Positions 42,770-53,402 of a stretch of DNA of 64,000 bases are shown in pieces. The notes under the pieces are model-generated. The model saw only the letters and a list, made by a program, of their open reading frames with translations, did not search any database and was not told the DNA's origin. Origin of the DNA: a virus. The DNA is taken from positions 1-64,000 of IMG/VR virus record IMGVR_UViG_3300030109_004085; one strand, 5' to 3'. The position numbers were made by a program, and so were the translations under genes. The stretch's first letter is position 1, and the number at the start of each line of letters is the position of its first letter.

Positions 42770-43080
42770 TCCTGAACCCACTCCAGAAAATATCCCATAT
42801 CAAAACCACCGCGCTCAATTCGCTTGACAGTAGTAGCCGTCATAATCTGAGAATCTCGGATGCCTTCGCGCTCGCAAATAAAATGAAGAATTTCCATGAT
42901 ATCGGCTGCTTCTTCGGCACAAGGGTTCTCGATAAATTCCGTCACTTCCTCTTGAAGCTTCTTGAGAGCCGCGGACGTAAGAGCTTCACCTTCAAGAATT
43001 GTGGTTTGGTGAACTTTGCCCGCTTCTTCAATAATCTCTGGAATTCGATCTCGGACAAGCTTGTGATGTAGTGTTTTCAT
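42766..43080 (-). CDS. MazG-like nucleoside triphosphate pyrophosphohydrolase
   Basis: KLVRDRIPEII, KL.EE..EF, EE.AD..E, KR..RGGF. Confidence 0.8.
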   Translation of the reverse strand: MKTLHHKLVRDRIPEIIEEAGKVHQTTILEGEALTSAALKKLQEEVTEFIENPCAEEAADIMEILHFICEREGIRDSQIMTATTVKRIERGGFDMGYFLEWVQE

Positions 43081-43304
43081 CGCTGGGCCTCTTCCAACTG
43101 AAACTCTTCTTCCTGGTCAACCAAATATTCAAAAATATCTGCCACCGTAAGTTCGGTATAATCGCACCCAAATTTCTCAGCGCACTCTTCAAATATCTCA
43201 ATAAGTTGAAGCCTCATAAATCCGGCGACACCATCGACTTTTCGTACGCCATTAACATAATGACTGTGTCTTGGAGGTCTGATCTCTCTTACGTTGTCTT
43301 TCAT
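43077..43304 (-). CDS. hypothetical protein
   Basis: ATGA overlaps on both sides. Confidence 0.55.
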   Translation of the reverse strand: MKDNVREIRPPRHSHYVNGVRKVDGVAGFMRLQLIEIFEECAEKFGCDYTELTVADIFEYLVDQEEEFQLEEAQR

Positions 43305-44488
43305 AATTTTAATTCCTTCATTGCTCCGAGGTTCCTTCCAGCGGAGACATTCACCTTAAAGTCACCATAGCGGGTTTTTTTGAACGTGTCAAGCATTTCT
43401 ACAATTGCTTGTCGTTCGTCATTTGCGAGATCGATGTATACAGCGTCGTGAATAAGAAACGCGATATTGCTTTTCATCCCCCTCAAAAGCTTAAAAACCT
43501 TATATGCCTGCTCATGCACCATATCAATGGTGGTGCTTTGCACAATGTAGTTTAGAGAGCGATGCTCATCTACATTATCCATTATTCTACCATAATCAGT
43601 CTTGATTTTGAAGCCATTCCAGAACTTATTTCGTACAATATCCTTATTGTAAAGTTGCTCTAACTGCTTGTTTTCATTGGAAGAATACAACCAAGCGAAA
43701 GTCTTGACTTTGGCTTCCTCACGGGTTAATGTATTATTGAATACGCTCTGAACATTCCAATCATGAATGTCATTTTGCGGCTGTTCTTGCTCGGATAGAG
43801 CCAAAAGTACTCTTAACTCTGCGGCGTTGAAGTCAAGTTCCACGAGCCAATCATTGTTCGGCTTAATACATCCGCGAAATTCCTTGCCCATCGTCAGAAT
43901 CGGAAAAGACTTAGGCTTTGTCGCAAGTCTGCCGGTTACAGTGCCCCAGGCGTTATAATCACACACCCAACGTGAGTTACGGAGCCTGTGATGGAAGTTC
44001 CGACCCTTTACAGAAGACAAAAGATGCTTGATAGGCTCGATATCGATGTTTAAGTCTCTCGACTCAATGTCCGAGAGCATCTGAACCAGATTAGACATAT
44101 GCTCGTAATTCTCAGGACGATCGAAAGTGTCCAAAACGTGCTTTGTGACCTCATTTTTCGCATTCATATAGCGATAAAGGAAATATTCCGGCAATACGTC
44201 ATAGAAGCAATTATCGTCCAAGGAAAGGTCAGCAGTTTTGAAGGCTCTCAGACACGATCTAAGCGTGTTTTTGATTTCCTCCCAGTCAGCCTTCATATCC
44301 TCCGGACAAACGTCTGTAATCGACGCTCCGTTGGCGTAGATGCGTGCTATCTCGTAGTTACCTTCACCCAAATGACTGGAATATTCCCAAGTGCCACCTT
44401 CTGATGGAAGATCCGTCGTAGAGTTTATCTGATTTTTAGCGAAATAGCCAACACAATCGCGCTTGGCGTCTAGAACTTGAAAAAGCAA
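43301..44488 (-). CDS. compact family A DNA polymerase domain
   Basis: TVTGRL, motif A DFNAAELR, motif B REEAK...F..LY, NY.VQS, motif C IHDA; TTG start after GGGAGG. Confidence 0.8.
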   Translation of the reverse strand: MLFQVLDAKRDCVGYFAKNQINSTTDLPSEGGTWEYSSHLGEGNYEIARIYANGASITDVCPEDMKADWEEIKNTLRSCLRAFKTADLSLDDNCFYDVLPEYFLYRYMNAKNEVTKHVLDTFDRPENYEHMSNLVQMLSDIESRDLNIDIEPIKHLLSSVKGRNFHHRLRNSRWVCDYNAWGTVTGRLATKPKSFPILTMGKEFRGCIKPNNDWLVELDFNAAELRVLLALSEQEQPQNDIHDWNVQSVFNNTLTREEAKVKTFAWLYSSNENKQLEQLYNKDIVRNKFWNGFKIKTDYGRIMDNVDEHRSLNYIVQSTTIDMVHEQAYKVFKLLRGMKSNIAFLIHDAVYIDLANDERQAIVEMLDTFKKTRYGDFKVNVSAGRNLGAMKELKL

Positions 44489-44497
44489 GTTACCTCC

Positions 44498-45772
44498 CTA
44501 GTAACTGGACTGAATCGCAACAGCGGTTTCAGCCACTGTGTCTACTATATCAGATATTTCTGTCATGTCAAGGGAAGAATTCAGTTGACCATAATTTTTG
44601 GGGTAGATAAAGTTTTTGTAAGTTTCATCAACATACTTAACAATTTTCGCCATGGCCGTTTCTAGGGATGTTTGTGTTTTGAATATTTCGTAAGCTCTTC
44701 TCTTAGTTTTCTTAACAGATGGTCCCTCATAGTTTACCTCTGCATTTCTCAGATCAATGTAAAGATCAATTAGTTCCTTCGTTGTTAACGTTTGAGAACC
44801 TAATTGATCTCTTTGTTTTGTTACTAACTTATCCTTACCGCATGCTTCTTCGTAAAAAGGCTTTCGGTCAATAAACATTTGATATGCCCTTTGAATAGAA
44901 TATTCTAATAAGCTTAAATCAGTTTCACTAGCATCAGAATAAAACGTATTAAAGAAATTTTGTTCTGTAATATCTTCTCCTTGATTTGTTAGGTAATAAT
45001 CAATGTAATTTAAAGAAGCATCTGTGAACAAGTCATATGTTAATATCCAAGGCACATACTTGTCAACCAGAAAGCCAAACTTTTTTGCGGCGCGCGCATA
45101 AAACTTAAAATTAGGGTCGTTAATAAACTGATCGTATTTGATTGCATCATTACCGGCATCTTGCTGGGCGATTGCGATCTTTAAACCGCTGCCAAAAGTT
45201 GAGGCGAAAGGAGACAAAACAAAGCTGGTCATGGTTATGGGCATACTTTTAACCATACTTAAAAGATATTTGACATATATATGCTTAAAATCTATAAAGT
45301 TTCTAATTGGGGATTCGTAAGAAGGAACATAATTGTTGATAAAAGCCTCTATTATCTTGTTAGTGTGTGTGATGTGGGAAGAAGGCCAATCGATGTAACT
45401 AATAACAGCCCTTATATTATACAAAGATGAATTTCCGCCTCTATCAATACAATTTGTCAAATAAGCTGTTTTCATATGCTCAACAAAATCAGAAAATGCT
45501 TTGTTAACAAAGTTTAAACAAAACATGTTTGGCTGCACGCCGTACTCAATTTGAACTATGCTAGACTGCTTGGGTATCACGACTGTCTGCTCTTGATTAA
45601 CTCTACCGTATAAGTTCTTATCATACCAACTATCAAGAGGCTTAACAATATCGTCAGGATAGATAACTTCTTTGTATAATGAACGTTGAAAAAACTTAGC
45701 TCTGGCAGATTGAGAGTTTCTACCTGACGGGTTAGCCATCTCTTCCTCGGTATAATCGTATGTTGTAGTCAT
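44498..45772 (-). CDS. hypothetical protein at end of baseplate operon
   Basis: Long ORF directly after baseplate hub gene. Confidence 0.6.
   Translation of the reverse strand: MTTTYDYTEEEMANPSGRNSQSARAKFFQRSLYKEVIYPDDIVKPLDSWYDKNLYGRVNQEQTVVIPKQSSIVQIEYGVQPNMFCLNFVNKAFSDFVEHMKTAYLTNCIDRGGNSSLYNIRAVISYIDWPSSHITHTNKIIEAFINNYVPSYESPIRNFIDFKHIYVKYLLSMVKSMPITMTSFVLSPFASTFGSGLKIAIAQQDAGNDAIKYDQFINDPNFKFYARAAKKFGFLVDKYVPWILTYDLFTDASLNYIDYYLTNQGEDITEQNFFNTFYSDASETDLSLLEYSIQRAYQMFIDRKPFYEEACGKDKLVTKQRDQLGSQTLTTKELIDLYIDLRNAEVNYEGPSVKKTKRRAYEIFKTQTSLETAMAKIVKYVDETYKNFIYPKNYGQLNSSLDMTEISDIVDTVAETAVAIQSSY
44544..44571 (-). promoter_or_regulatory. sigma70-type promoter for the polymerase-A operon, embedded in upstream CDS
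   Basis: TTGACA-N16-TATAGT, TG extension. Confidence 0.65.
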
Positions 45773-45773
45773 A

Positions 45774-48700
45774 TTAATTTCCCGAGGTCTTGGGGTTCAA
45801 TACTGTTCGCCCATCATAACGAATTAGTTGTGTAACAGAATTTCCAGCACCCGAAAAGTCGATTCCTTCTTGAAGCGCGTCAATCGTTACGTTAAACCCG
45901 GCAGAAGATATATCGTGTGAAACTTTAGTCACCATATAATAGCCTCCTATGCCCAGTAATCGAGCTAAGTTTGGCAAGCTTCCTTTTTGCTGCATGCTGC
46001 CTGCTCCGATCGCAATGGGATTCACATAAATATATTGTCCATTTTTATGTAAATTGTTACCAATCATTTGAATATTCGCGTTGTAAAGCTCTCTCAGCTG
46101 CAGCGCCGACAGCGCACTCTTTCTTTGGAGGCGTCCTTCACGATAATATGGGATATCGGTTCTATTAAACGATATCTTTTTGGCAATTCCGCATGCTGCC
46201 CCCAGGTAATAATGATAAATCCCTGTATTCAAGTCATCATCATAGTTTCCAGTCATTGGTCTGGAGTCAACAGAATAGAGAACAAATGTTGGTATTGTCG
46301 GACTTTGGTTTTGAGGCAGAGCAATACAGTCTTTCTTATCGGCTGATTTTTTGGAGGACGCCAATTCTTCTACAGTTGTAACTTTGCCGGTAAATGTCTT
46401 ATCGAAATTAAATATTGAAGTATCAAATCTTAAATTAAAGTTAAGATCTTCAAAACAAGAGGCATTAAAAGCTTTTCCAATTAATGAGCTACATACTGTT
46501 TTAATAAATCTTAAAACATTATAGTTGTCTACCTGAGGTTTCACAATATTATTGATAAACCACTCTTGGAAGACTTCCAAAGAAATTGGCATGCTCGCTA
46601 TATTGGTGGTAAACTTCATTCCCACAAGTCCACGAAATCGCATTGGGTCTATTTGCGACATTTGTCGCAATACTTCAACATCTTTGTTGTCCGGACACTG
46701 AATCTTGACTGATTCGATCTGGTAAGCCAGGAGCGGATCCAACAACTCAACCTGAGACAGAATTAGTTGAAAACTTCCTCGGTCACCTTCTTTGTCGACA
46801 ATAATATCAATATGTTCCAGAACAGCATCTAGCAGATCGCCCAAATAAAAAAATGGAATCTTCAAGTCTGTGTTTGTTTTGCTCGCGGCTGTCCTCAAAT
46901 TAAAGTTTGAGACCGCACCTTTAGCCTTGGCTTCTTCAGACAAGACCTCGTCGCTTTCTTCAGATTTACTAATTTCGCTAATTTGTTTTGCAGCTGAATC
47001 ATATATTGCTGCTGCTGCGCCTGAATCAGACTGCGCTTCCCAACCAACTTGATATTCGTTAGACGCCACTCTGGTTGCAGCTTTCTTTGCTCTTTCCTCA
47101 GGTGTCATGTTTTTGAAAAGAATTCTTTCAGAGGCTGGTACCACATAAGTGTATATTTTTTGATCGTTGTACAACTTGTTCAAGAACCTTTTGTACTTAA
47201 TCGCTTTGCTTTGCTTTGTGAGCTTAACTTTTTCCTCAAGAAGATCTTCTTTATCTCTTCTCAAATCATTTATCGCATCATCTTCTAGTGCTAGCGTTCG
47301 ATTTTCTGGATCGTACGCATTGGTTCTTTCACTTATTCTTTTATTTTTTTCTTTAAGCTTTTCATTAATCTGTTTTAGTTGCCGGGACAATTCCGTGCCC
47401 CCAGAAAATATGTTTGCTGCTGGGGATCTTGCCAGTCCAGACAATCTTGCTTGGTAGTTTACACTCAGATCAACAGAGCCATTTTCATTAAAGTTTAGTT
47501 CGTGGGTGGTCAGGGTTAAGTATAGCCCAACTCTTGTCTCGTTGATCGCAGCTTCAAGATTTATCCCGTAGTCCGGTCCCTTATCTCTAGAGGATTGCAA
47601 ATCATTTATAATGTTTGAGAAATTTGCTGGCGTTGACCACCCTACGCACGCTTTGATTTCAAAATCTCTTGGATCATACTCCATCATCGTAGCTTCAAAA
47701 CATTCTGTCGAGATAGGGGCTGCCGCGGCCTGCTCGTTGAGAGCAGTTCCCCCCCCAGATTTGTTGGATCGTTGCCTTGCAGACTTGATGATAAGATCTA
47801 GATACCCGGGCTTCGCCTGTCCTGCAGCTAGCCCCTGGTTTAACGAGAACAGATCTTGAATTGTTTGGAAATGTAAGTCCAATCGGGCGCTTATGTTATT
47901 ATCAACCTCTGCTGGGTTTACACCATCTAAATTCCAAGAAAACGATTTAATGCCGGCGCCTGGGAATCGACCATAATCATTATTCATAATAGCCTGAATG
48001 TCCGACGGGTCTATGAAGTTTGGAAATGGTATTTCCTGTTGAAGTGTAGGAATTAACTTATTTTCACCTTCATATTCGACGCGATATATTTTAATATGTG
48101 GCGTTAGTAGAGCGTACACCTCCGGACATAAGTTTAAAAGAGCGTTTACTTCGTCAGTTTTGTCTGCATGATTAATATACGAAATCAAGTTGCCCGGGAG
48201 TGAATTCTTTCCTTGTGTACTGTTATATATCGTGCTGATATTCTCATATTTTTCCACACCACCCGCAATAACGCTATCTTTATACTCAGTTAAAACTCTA
48301 ATGTTTTCCAACAAATAGCACTGATGATCGACTGGCTTCAGGGCTTCTTTCTTCGGTGTTCTAACCACTTTTTTAGTGAAGGGTGTTCTGACGTCACCCT
48401 CATCAGCGCCTAGTATCCCTTCGGCCTGCTTAATATTTTTGTCAACTTCTCCAACAAAATCTAATAAAACTGACTTAAAGACTGACCAAGTTACGCTTGG
48501 ATATAAGGTGGCTATAGAGGTTATTACATCTTCATTCCAACCGTATATAGCTTCGAATATAGGTCCGCGCGCTTGTCGGACTTCATCACCGCCATTATAA
48601 AATAAAATGTTTCCCGCAAAAGGCTGCCCGGGTCTTTCGTCGTACAATCCGCCGGTAAGACCTCTAAAATCATAACCTTCACTTTCAAGCTCTTCTCTTG

Positions 48701-49613
48701 TTTTGACTTCAATTGTGCCGGCATTAGACATATATGATATTTCAACATCTGCAGGACCGAAAGTTCCCCCTGCAGGGATACCAACAAGCTCAGTGTTTTC
48801 TGTTAGTTTTGTAACCTCCCTAGTGGAAGGGGGTATACCGTCTCGAACGGACCCTGGGTTTCTTACAGTCTTCGTCTCGTAAACTGGCGCGCCGTCTGGT
48901 ACCATGTACGGGAAGTAGATGGGATTAAGGACGCCCGCAAAACGATCACCTAGTTCAGCCCTATCATCTGGCAGCGAAGTTGCGCCAAGTTTTACAGGTA
49001 AGTTTTCTGTATAATCTTTTGTGAACCACCCTGTTTGATACACAAACAGAAAGAACAAATAAATGCCTTCGCTTTGTAAATTTAGTGTCATTCCAGCAGT
49101 TGGCCAGTCTAACACTGGCTTGTCTACCGCGCCACCGAGATTGGCAGCTTCAATATTCGCTACATCCTCCCTTGGATTAAGTCTAGGATCTCGGAAGACT
49201 TCATTTGCGTTTTGTAGAATTGTGTACAAAACGGACTTTCCAAGTTCAGTTGTAAAAAGTTTCCTTATCGACTTGTAGGTGTTAGAAGCAACCGTATTTG
49301 TGTGCAGAGTAAATTGGTTTTTTACGAAATTATCATAGGCTTCTTTGGTGTTGTCCACCCGTTTGTATTCCGTAACCTCCTCACCGGTCTCTTCGTCTGT
49401 ATAAGTTTCTTTTAAGAACGCAAAATCAGGATCATTCTTATAAGCCTCCAGAAGTGTATTGAGTTTATCAGCCCACACAGCTGGGTCTACACCCTCGGGG
49501 GCAGCCCCACCAGAAGACAAGTATTCATAGACATATGATTGACATATATTTTCTATAATTTTGTTGTTAATCAAAAAATCAACTGCTTGTTTAATGTTAT
49601 TGGGCTGTGTCAT
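45774..49613 (-). CDS. large baseplate hub-like protein
   Basis: C-terminal MIGN....G....V...LG.GGYY.V..V.H.I....F.....A (gp27/gpD-like); position after LysM gene. Confidence 0.6.
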   Translation of the reverse strand: MTQPNNIKQAVDFLINNKIIENICQSYVYEYLSSGGAAPEGVDPAVWADKLNTLLEAYKNDPDFAFLKETYTDEETGEEVTEYKRVDNTKEAYDNFVKNQFTLHTNTVASNTYKSIRKLFTTELGKSVLYTILQNANEVFRDPRLNPREDVANIEAANLGGAVDKPVLDWPTAGMTLNLQSEGIYLFFLFVYQTGWFTKDYTENLPVKLGATSLPDDRAELGDRFAGVLNPIYFPYMVPDGAPVYETKTVRNPGSVRDGIPPSTREVTKLTENTELVGIPAGGTFGPADVEISYMSNAGTIEVKTREELESEGYDFRGLTGGLYDERPGQPFAGNILFYNGGDEVRQARGPIFEAIYGWNEDVITSIATLYPSVTWSVFKSVLLDFVGEVDKNIKQAEGILGADEGDVRTPFTKKVVRTPKKEALKPVDHQCYLLENIRVLTEYKDSVIAGGVEKYENISTIYNSTQGKNSLPGNLISYINHADKTDEVNALLNLCPEVYALLTPHIKIYRVEYEGENKLIPTLQQEIPFPNFIDPSDIQAIMNNDYGRFPGAGIKSFSWNLDGVNPAEVDNNISARLDLHFQTIQDLFSLNQGLAAGQAKPGYLDLIIKSARQRSNKSGGGTALNEQAAAAPISTECFEATMMEYDPRDFEIKACVGWSTPANFSNIINDLQSSRDKGPDYGINLEAAINETRVGLYLTLTTHELNFNENGSVDLSVNYQARLSGLARSPAANIFSGGTELSRQLKQINEKLKEKNKRISERTNAYDPENRTLALEDDAINDLRRDKEDLLEEKVKLTKQSKAIKYKRFLNKLYNDQKIYTYVVPASERILFKNMTPEERAKKAATRVASNEYQVGWEAQSDSGAAAAIYDSAAKQISEISKSEESDEVLSEEAKAKGAVSNFNLRTAASKTNTDLKIPFFYLGDLLDAVLEHIDIIVDKEGDRGSFQLILSQVELLDPLLAYQIESVKIQCPDNKDVEVLRQMSQIDPMRFRGLVGMKFTTNIASMPISLEVFQEWFINNIVKPQVDNYNVLRFIKTVCSSLIGKAFNASCFEDLNFNLRFDTSIFNFDKTFTGKVTTVEELASSKKSADKKDCIALPQNQSPTIPTFVLYSVDSRPMTGNYDDDLNTGIYHYYLGAACGIAKKISFNRTDIPYYREGRLQRKSALSALQLRELYNANIQMIGNNLHKNGQYIYVNPIAIGAGSMQQKGSLPNLARLLGIGGYYMVTKVSHDISSAGFNVTIDALQEGIDFSGAGNSVTQLIRYDGRTVLNPKTSGN

Positions 49614-49616
49614 CCT

Positions 49617-49955
49617 TTATTCCAAAATGTAATTTAATATCTTTTCTAGCGGAGTCGGTATGTAAATAATATCTCCGACAGTCAGATCAGCTTCGGTTGG
49701 TTTTTTGTTATAATGCGCAATAACCCACCAATACTTTGGATTGCCGTAATACTTTGAAGCTAGTTTGTAGTACCTGTCTCCTACACTCCAGACGTGTTGC
49801 ACCCTTGTTAGGTTCTTGATTTCATCGACAGTTGGATATTTTATAAATCTAGTTCCATACTGGAAGATTTGTTTGACTCCCCTGTCTTCAAGAATATTCT
49901 CATACTCTTCTAGATTGTTTTTAAGAACTCGTCGGTTATCGTATCTGCTGGTCAT
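49617..49955 (-). CDS. LysM/tail-X-like baseplate protein
   Basis: GDRYYKLASKYYG....WWVIA.YN...GD.IYIP. Confidence 0.8.
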   Translation of the reverse strand: MTSRYDNRRVLKNNLEEYENILEDRGVKQIFQYGTRFIKYPTVDEIKNLTRVQHVWSVGDRYYKLASKYYGNPKYWWVIAHYNKKPTEADLTVGDIIYIPTPLEKILNYILE

Positions 49956-49966
49956 AATATGAATTC

Positions 49967-50800
49967 CTAGGTTTTCTTAGTAATTTTTTCCTGCTGAGCC
50001 TCAGCTTCAGTTTGATTTGTGCCAATTCCGGTCTGCCAAACATCGGCAACCCCGTCGTTATTGAGATCGGGAGTTGTTATCTGTGGTGGTCCGACGTCTG
50101 GATTTGGATATTTGGGGACATAACCACTTGCGCCGGCGTGAGGGAAATTTCCATTTAAGCTGGCAGCCTCGCGCGATTGGTCAGCCCTTCCAAAAGAGTA
50201 TGTAACTTTACCATCGGCTCCCTGACCACCTTCTGTCTGTACCCAGCCAGTTAGGTGTGTGTGCAGCACGTTAAACGTCAATTGAACATTATGAGATTGA
50301 TAAACAAAGTCTTTATCTTTATTAGCAAAAAACTGACCCACCTCTATATTTGGAGCATATGTAAAACCATTTAAAAAACCAACCAAGTCGCTTCCATCGA
50401 CTGCGTTTCTTACAAGAGAGTTGAACTTCATTTTCAATAGAGGCGCGGCTTTGAGAACCTGACTATTTTCTCTAGAGGATCCGCCGGCAACTGGATTAGA
50501 ATATACAGGATACAAGAACTGAGTTAGTGTATTAAGTCTTGCCTGATTAAGCCTTGCTTCGTTAATATCAGCTGCCACAACATCAAAACTCATTGTTATC
50601 ACGCGTCCAGTTTTGGCAAAGGTGTATAAATCGTCCATTCGCCCGTATACGGGGGTTCCTTGCCAAGTAGAGGAAAAAGCATCAGTAAAGCCTGTAAGCC
50701 ACGAATGAAACTCAACCTTTTTATTGGTTGGAATATGAGTGATATGAATTAAAAAATTTGAATCATTAAAAAATGTTGGTTGTTTTACTCTGTCGGCCAT
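49967..50800 (-). CDS. tail tube initiator/baseplate protein
   Basis: F.D.F...W....VYGR.D....F..T.R.I...F; position after tape measure. Confidence 0.65.
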   Translation of the reverse strand: MADRVKQPTFFNDSNFLIHITHIPTNKKVEFHSWLTGFTDAFSSTWQGTPVYGRMDDLYTFAKTGRVITMSFDVVAADINEARLNQARLNTLTQFLYPVYSNPVAGGSSRENSQVLKAAPLLKMKFNSLVRNAVDGSDLVGFLNGFTYAPNIEVGQFFANKDKDFVYQSHNVQLTFNVLHTHLTGWVQTEGGQGADGKVTYSFGRADQSREAASLNGNFPHAGASGYVPKYPNPDVGPPQITTPDLNNDGVADVWQTGIGTNQTEAEAQQEKITKKT

Positions 50801-50812
50801 TTACTTTACCTC

Positions 50813-53011
50813 CTATCCCTCGTAAAATGGGGAAATTGAATTTCTTCCTCTTGTAGAGTTCATAGCTTTGACAACAACATCACCTAATTGCTGGTCACCG
50901 ACCTGAACCTGTACATTCATCGCGTTTTGTATAGCCTCAACAAGGACAGCGGTCTGTTTTTCAACAGATTCCCTAATCGCCTTATCCAAAGTTCCGTCTG
51001 GCTTAGCAGCGACGACGCCGTCAGCGACTCTTTCAAATGTATCTTGGTTGCTGAACTGAACCATTTTTATCTCGCCATCCTGAATCTTTGTAGCACTGCT
51101 AACGCCTGCCGCGCCGCCGATTGCACCTCCAACCAATGCGCCAATTCCAGTACCGATGACGGGTATAAATGATCCGATAGCAGCACCGGTCAAGGCGCCG
51201 GTAGCAACACTGCCGCCAATAGATGTTGCTTGCGCTGCCCCGGTTTGTCCTTTCGATTTAAAATAATCAACACCCTTTGCGGTGGCGTAACCTGTTGCTC
51301 CAGCAGCTAGACCAAATGCGCCTCCGCGGGCGAAGCGACTGAACTTACCGGCTGCGCCGGCAGCTCGTCCAGTTTGGGAAGCCAAGCCTGACATCTCTCC
51401 TGTCGATCTTCTTAGTAAACTAGGCAAACGCATAAAAGGACTAAATAAGAACCCTACAGCTTTGAGTGCAAGCCCTAGACCCCCCAGCGCCAGGGCTAGT
51501 TTCCCAACACCAAACTCTATATCCATAAAGCTGGCTTTGCCTTCATTTACTTTCTGTACAAAATCAGAGAACTTATTTATACCCTCAGATACGCTGGTTA
51601 TTAAAGGAGCAAAAGAAATAATCAGCGAATTGATTGCATCGGTTAGTTTTTCCATTATGGAGCGAGCATCGCCGGCGCGCTTTGCCAACTCTTCTTGCTG
51701 TAGCGCTTGTAGTTGAACTTCTGGATCTAGCTCGTTTAAAGACCTACGAAGAGTATCAACATCAGTTCCCATGGCAGATGCAAATGCTTTTTGCTCAAAC
51801 TTGTTCAATTGATCAAATTGAACACCGCCGGCCTCAATAGCTTCTTTAATCATTTCAAGACGGTCAGCCTCAGAGGCGTTCAACATATCAATGGAGTTAA
51901 GGTATGGTCCGCCCAGGATGGCGTTGAGGCGCCCTACAGCTTGTCCTGCGCCTTCAAAGGTATCGAACTTCTCACCAACCAAGCCAAGCAAAGAATCGAC
52001 CGACAAGCCCGTAGCCTTTGATTGTCTTTCTAACTGTGCGAACACATCAAACATTTGCTTGCCGTAAAAAGCCAATTTTGGACCTGCAGATGCTAAGTCT
52101 CCCGCAACTTCTGTTAATGGTTTTCCTATGTCTATCGCCAATGTTGCGGCTTGTCTAGTTAGAAGCTCGGCTTCTTGAGTATTCATGTATAAAGACTTTG
52201 TTGCTTGATCAAGAATCGTGGCGGTCGTAGTCGCAGAAACGCCAAACTGTTTTAACGTTGCGGTTGTGGCAATGACATTGGTTCTCTCACTCTCGGAAAG
52301 ATTTGTAAAATCACGGAAATTAGAAAATAAATCTTGTGCGGCTGCACCGGCATCTTCAACATTTATTCCGTAAGCTGCGAAGGCTAGTCCAGCATTTGCA
52401 ATAGAACTTGCGTATTCATTTCCGGCGCCCGTTGACCTCTTAAAGGCAGCGTTTTGCCTATCAAGTTCGAAAGCAAAATTAATAGAGTTGCCAATTACCT
52501 TTTGGAAAGTTTTTACAAACAAATCTCCTGTTATTACTGCTTTACCAAGACCAGTAACGAATCCAGCTAACCTCCGAGGCGAGGCGCCAATAGTTTGGAA
52601 GAACTTGGCGCCTTCTTTGTCAAGCTTAAGGAAACTGTTAGCTAGGTTGTCAGCTTCGGCTGCACCCTTTTCAAACTCGGCATTCAGGTTTTTTGTGCTG
52701 CGTTCTAGTTTTTGATTTGAATCCGAAAGTTCTTTGGCGCGCCCAATAGCTTCTTCGTAACCTTCGTTTCCTTCGCCAATAGCTACAGCTTGTTTCCTGT
52801 AAAAGTCAAGTTGCTCTTTTTGATATTTTGAATCCAGAGCTGCAAGTTCTTTTTTGCTTTTAAGAGTTTCTCTTTCTAACTTGTAAAACTTTTCGGCGGC
52901 TTTTCTTTTAGCTTCGATTTGCTCAGGCGTTTGACCACCAGCGGTGCCTTGACCCTGCAATTGTGCCGTGAGTCTGTTAACTGCTGCTGTGAGATCTGTA
53001 ATTTCAGACAT
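50813..53011 (-). CDS. tape measure protein
   Basis: Ala/Gly-rich helical protein with glycine-zipper hydrophobic C-part; canonical position. Confidence 0.75.
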   Translation of the reverse strand: MSEITDLTAAVNRLTAQLQGQGTAGGQTPEQIEAKRKAAEKFYKLERETLKSKKELAALDSKYQKEQLDFYRKQAVAIGEGNEGYEEAIGRAKELSDSNQKLERSTKNLNAEFEKGAAEADNLANSFLKLDKEGAKFFQTIGASPRRLAGFVTGLGKAVITGDLFVKTFQKVIGNSINFAFELDRQNAAFKRSTGAGNEYASSIANAGLAFAAYGINVEDAGAAAQDLFSNFRDFTNLSESERTNVIATTATLKQFGVSATTTATILDQATKSLYMNTQEAELLTRQAATLAIDIGKPLTEVAGDLASAGPKLAFYGKQMFDVFAQLERQSKATGLSVDSLLGLVGEKFDTFEGAGQAVGRLNAILGGPYLNSIDMLNASEADRLEMIKEAIEAGGVQFDQLNKFEQKAFASAMGTDVDTLRRSLNELDPEVQLQALQQEELAKRAGDARSIMEKLTDAINSLIISFAPLITSVSEGINKFSDFVQKVNEGKASFMDIEFGVGKLALALGGLGLALKAVGFLFSPFMRLPSLLRRSTGEMSGLASQTGRAAGAAGKFSRFARGGAFGLAAGATGYATAKGVDYFKSKGQTGAAQATSIGGSVATGALTGAAIGSFIPVIGTGIGALVGGAIGGAAGVSSATKIQDGEIKMVQFSNQDTFERVADGVVAAKPDGTLDKAIRESVEKQTAVLVEAIQNAMNVQVQVGDQQLGDVVVKAMNSTRGRNSISPFYEG

Positions 53012-53022
53012 TGCTTAGCCGC

Positions 53023-53340
53023 CTAGTTCTTAAACGGCCACCGTAAGCCTGTTTCTTTCTCAAATCCAGAGACTGCTCTATCTAAGTCTCTTCTGTTCGT
53101 CATGGTTCTAGAGTCGCTCAGTCCGTGTCTTATATAAGAATCCATATACCTCTTCTCGCCCCGAAGAGCTTTAAAGAACGACTCAATCTGAGCTTGTGTC
53201 CCTCTAATAGTGGGGTTAATATTTACGCCGGCGTCATATAAATCCAGCAACAATCGGTTGACCTTATAAGAAAAATCTGTATAAAGCCTCTCATTAAGGG
53301 ACTTATCCGTTAAATCAATAACAATCTCATCTTTGCTCAT
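53023..53340 (-). CDS. conserved late hypothetical protein
   Basis: ACTATTTA at 53361-53368 and GAGG SD. Confidence 0.65.
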   Translation of the reverse strand: MSKDEIVIDLTDKSLNERLYTDFSYKVNRLLLDLYDAGVNINPTIRGTQAQIESFFKALRGEKRYMDSYIRHGLSDSRTMTNRRDLDRAVSGFEKETGLRWPFKN

Positions 53341-53374
53341 GTGGGAACACCTCTTCTAATTAAATAGTAGCATA

Positions 53375-53402
53375 AAGAAAAAGGCGCACTTATCGTGCGC
53401 CC
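53375..53402 (-). terminator. intrinsic terminator
   Basis: GGCGCAC-GATAA-GTGCGCC-TTTTTCTTT. Confidence 0.7.
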
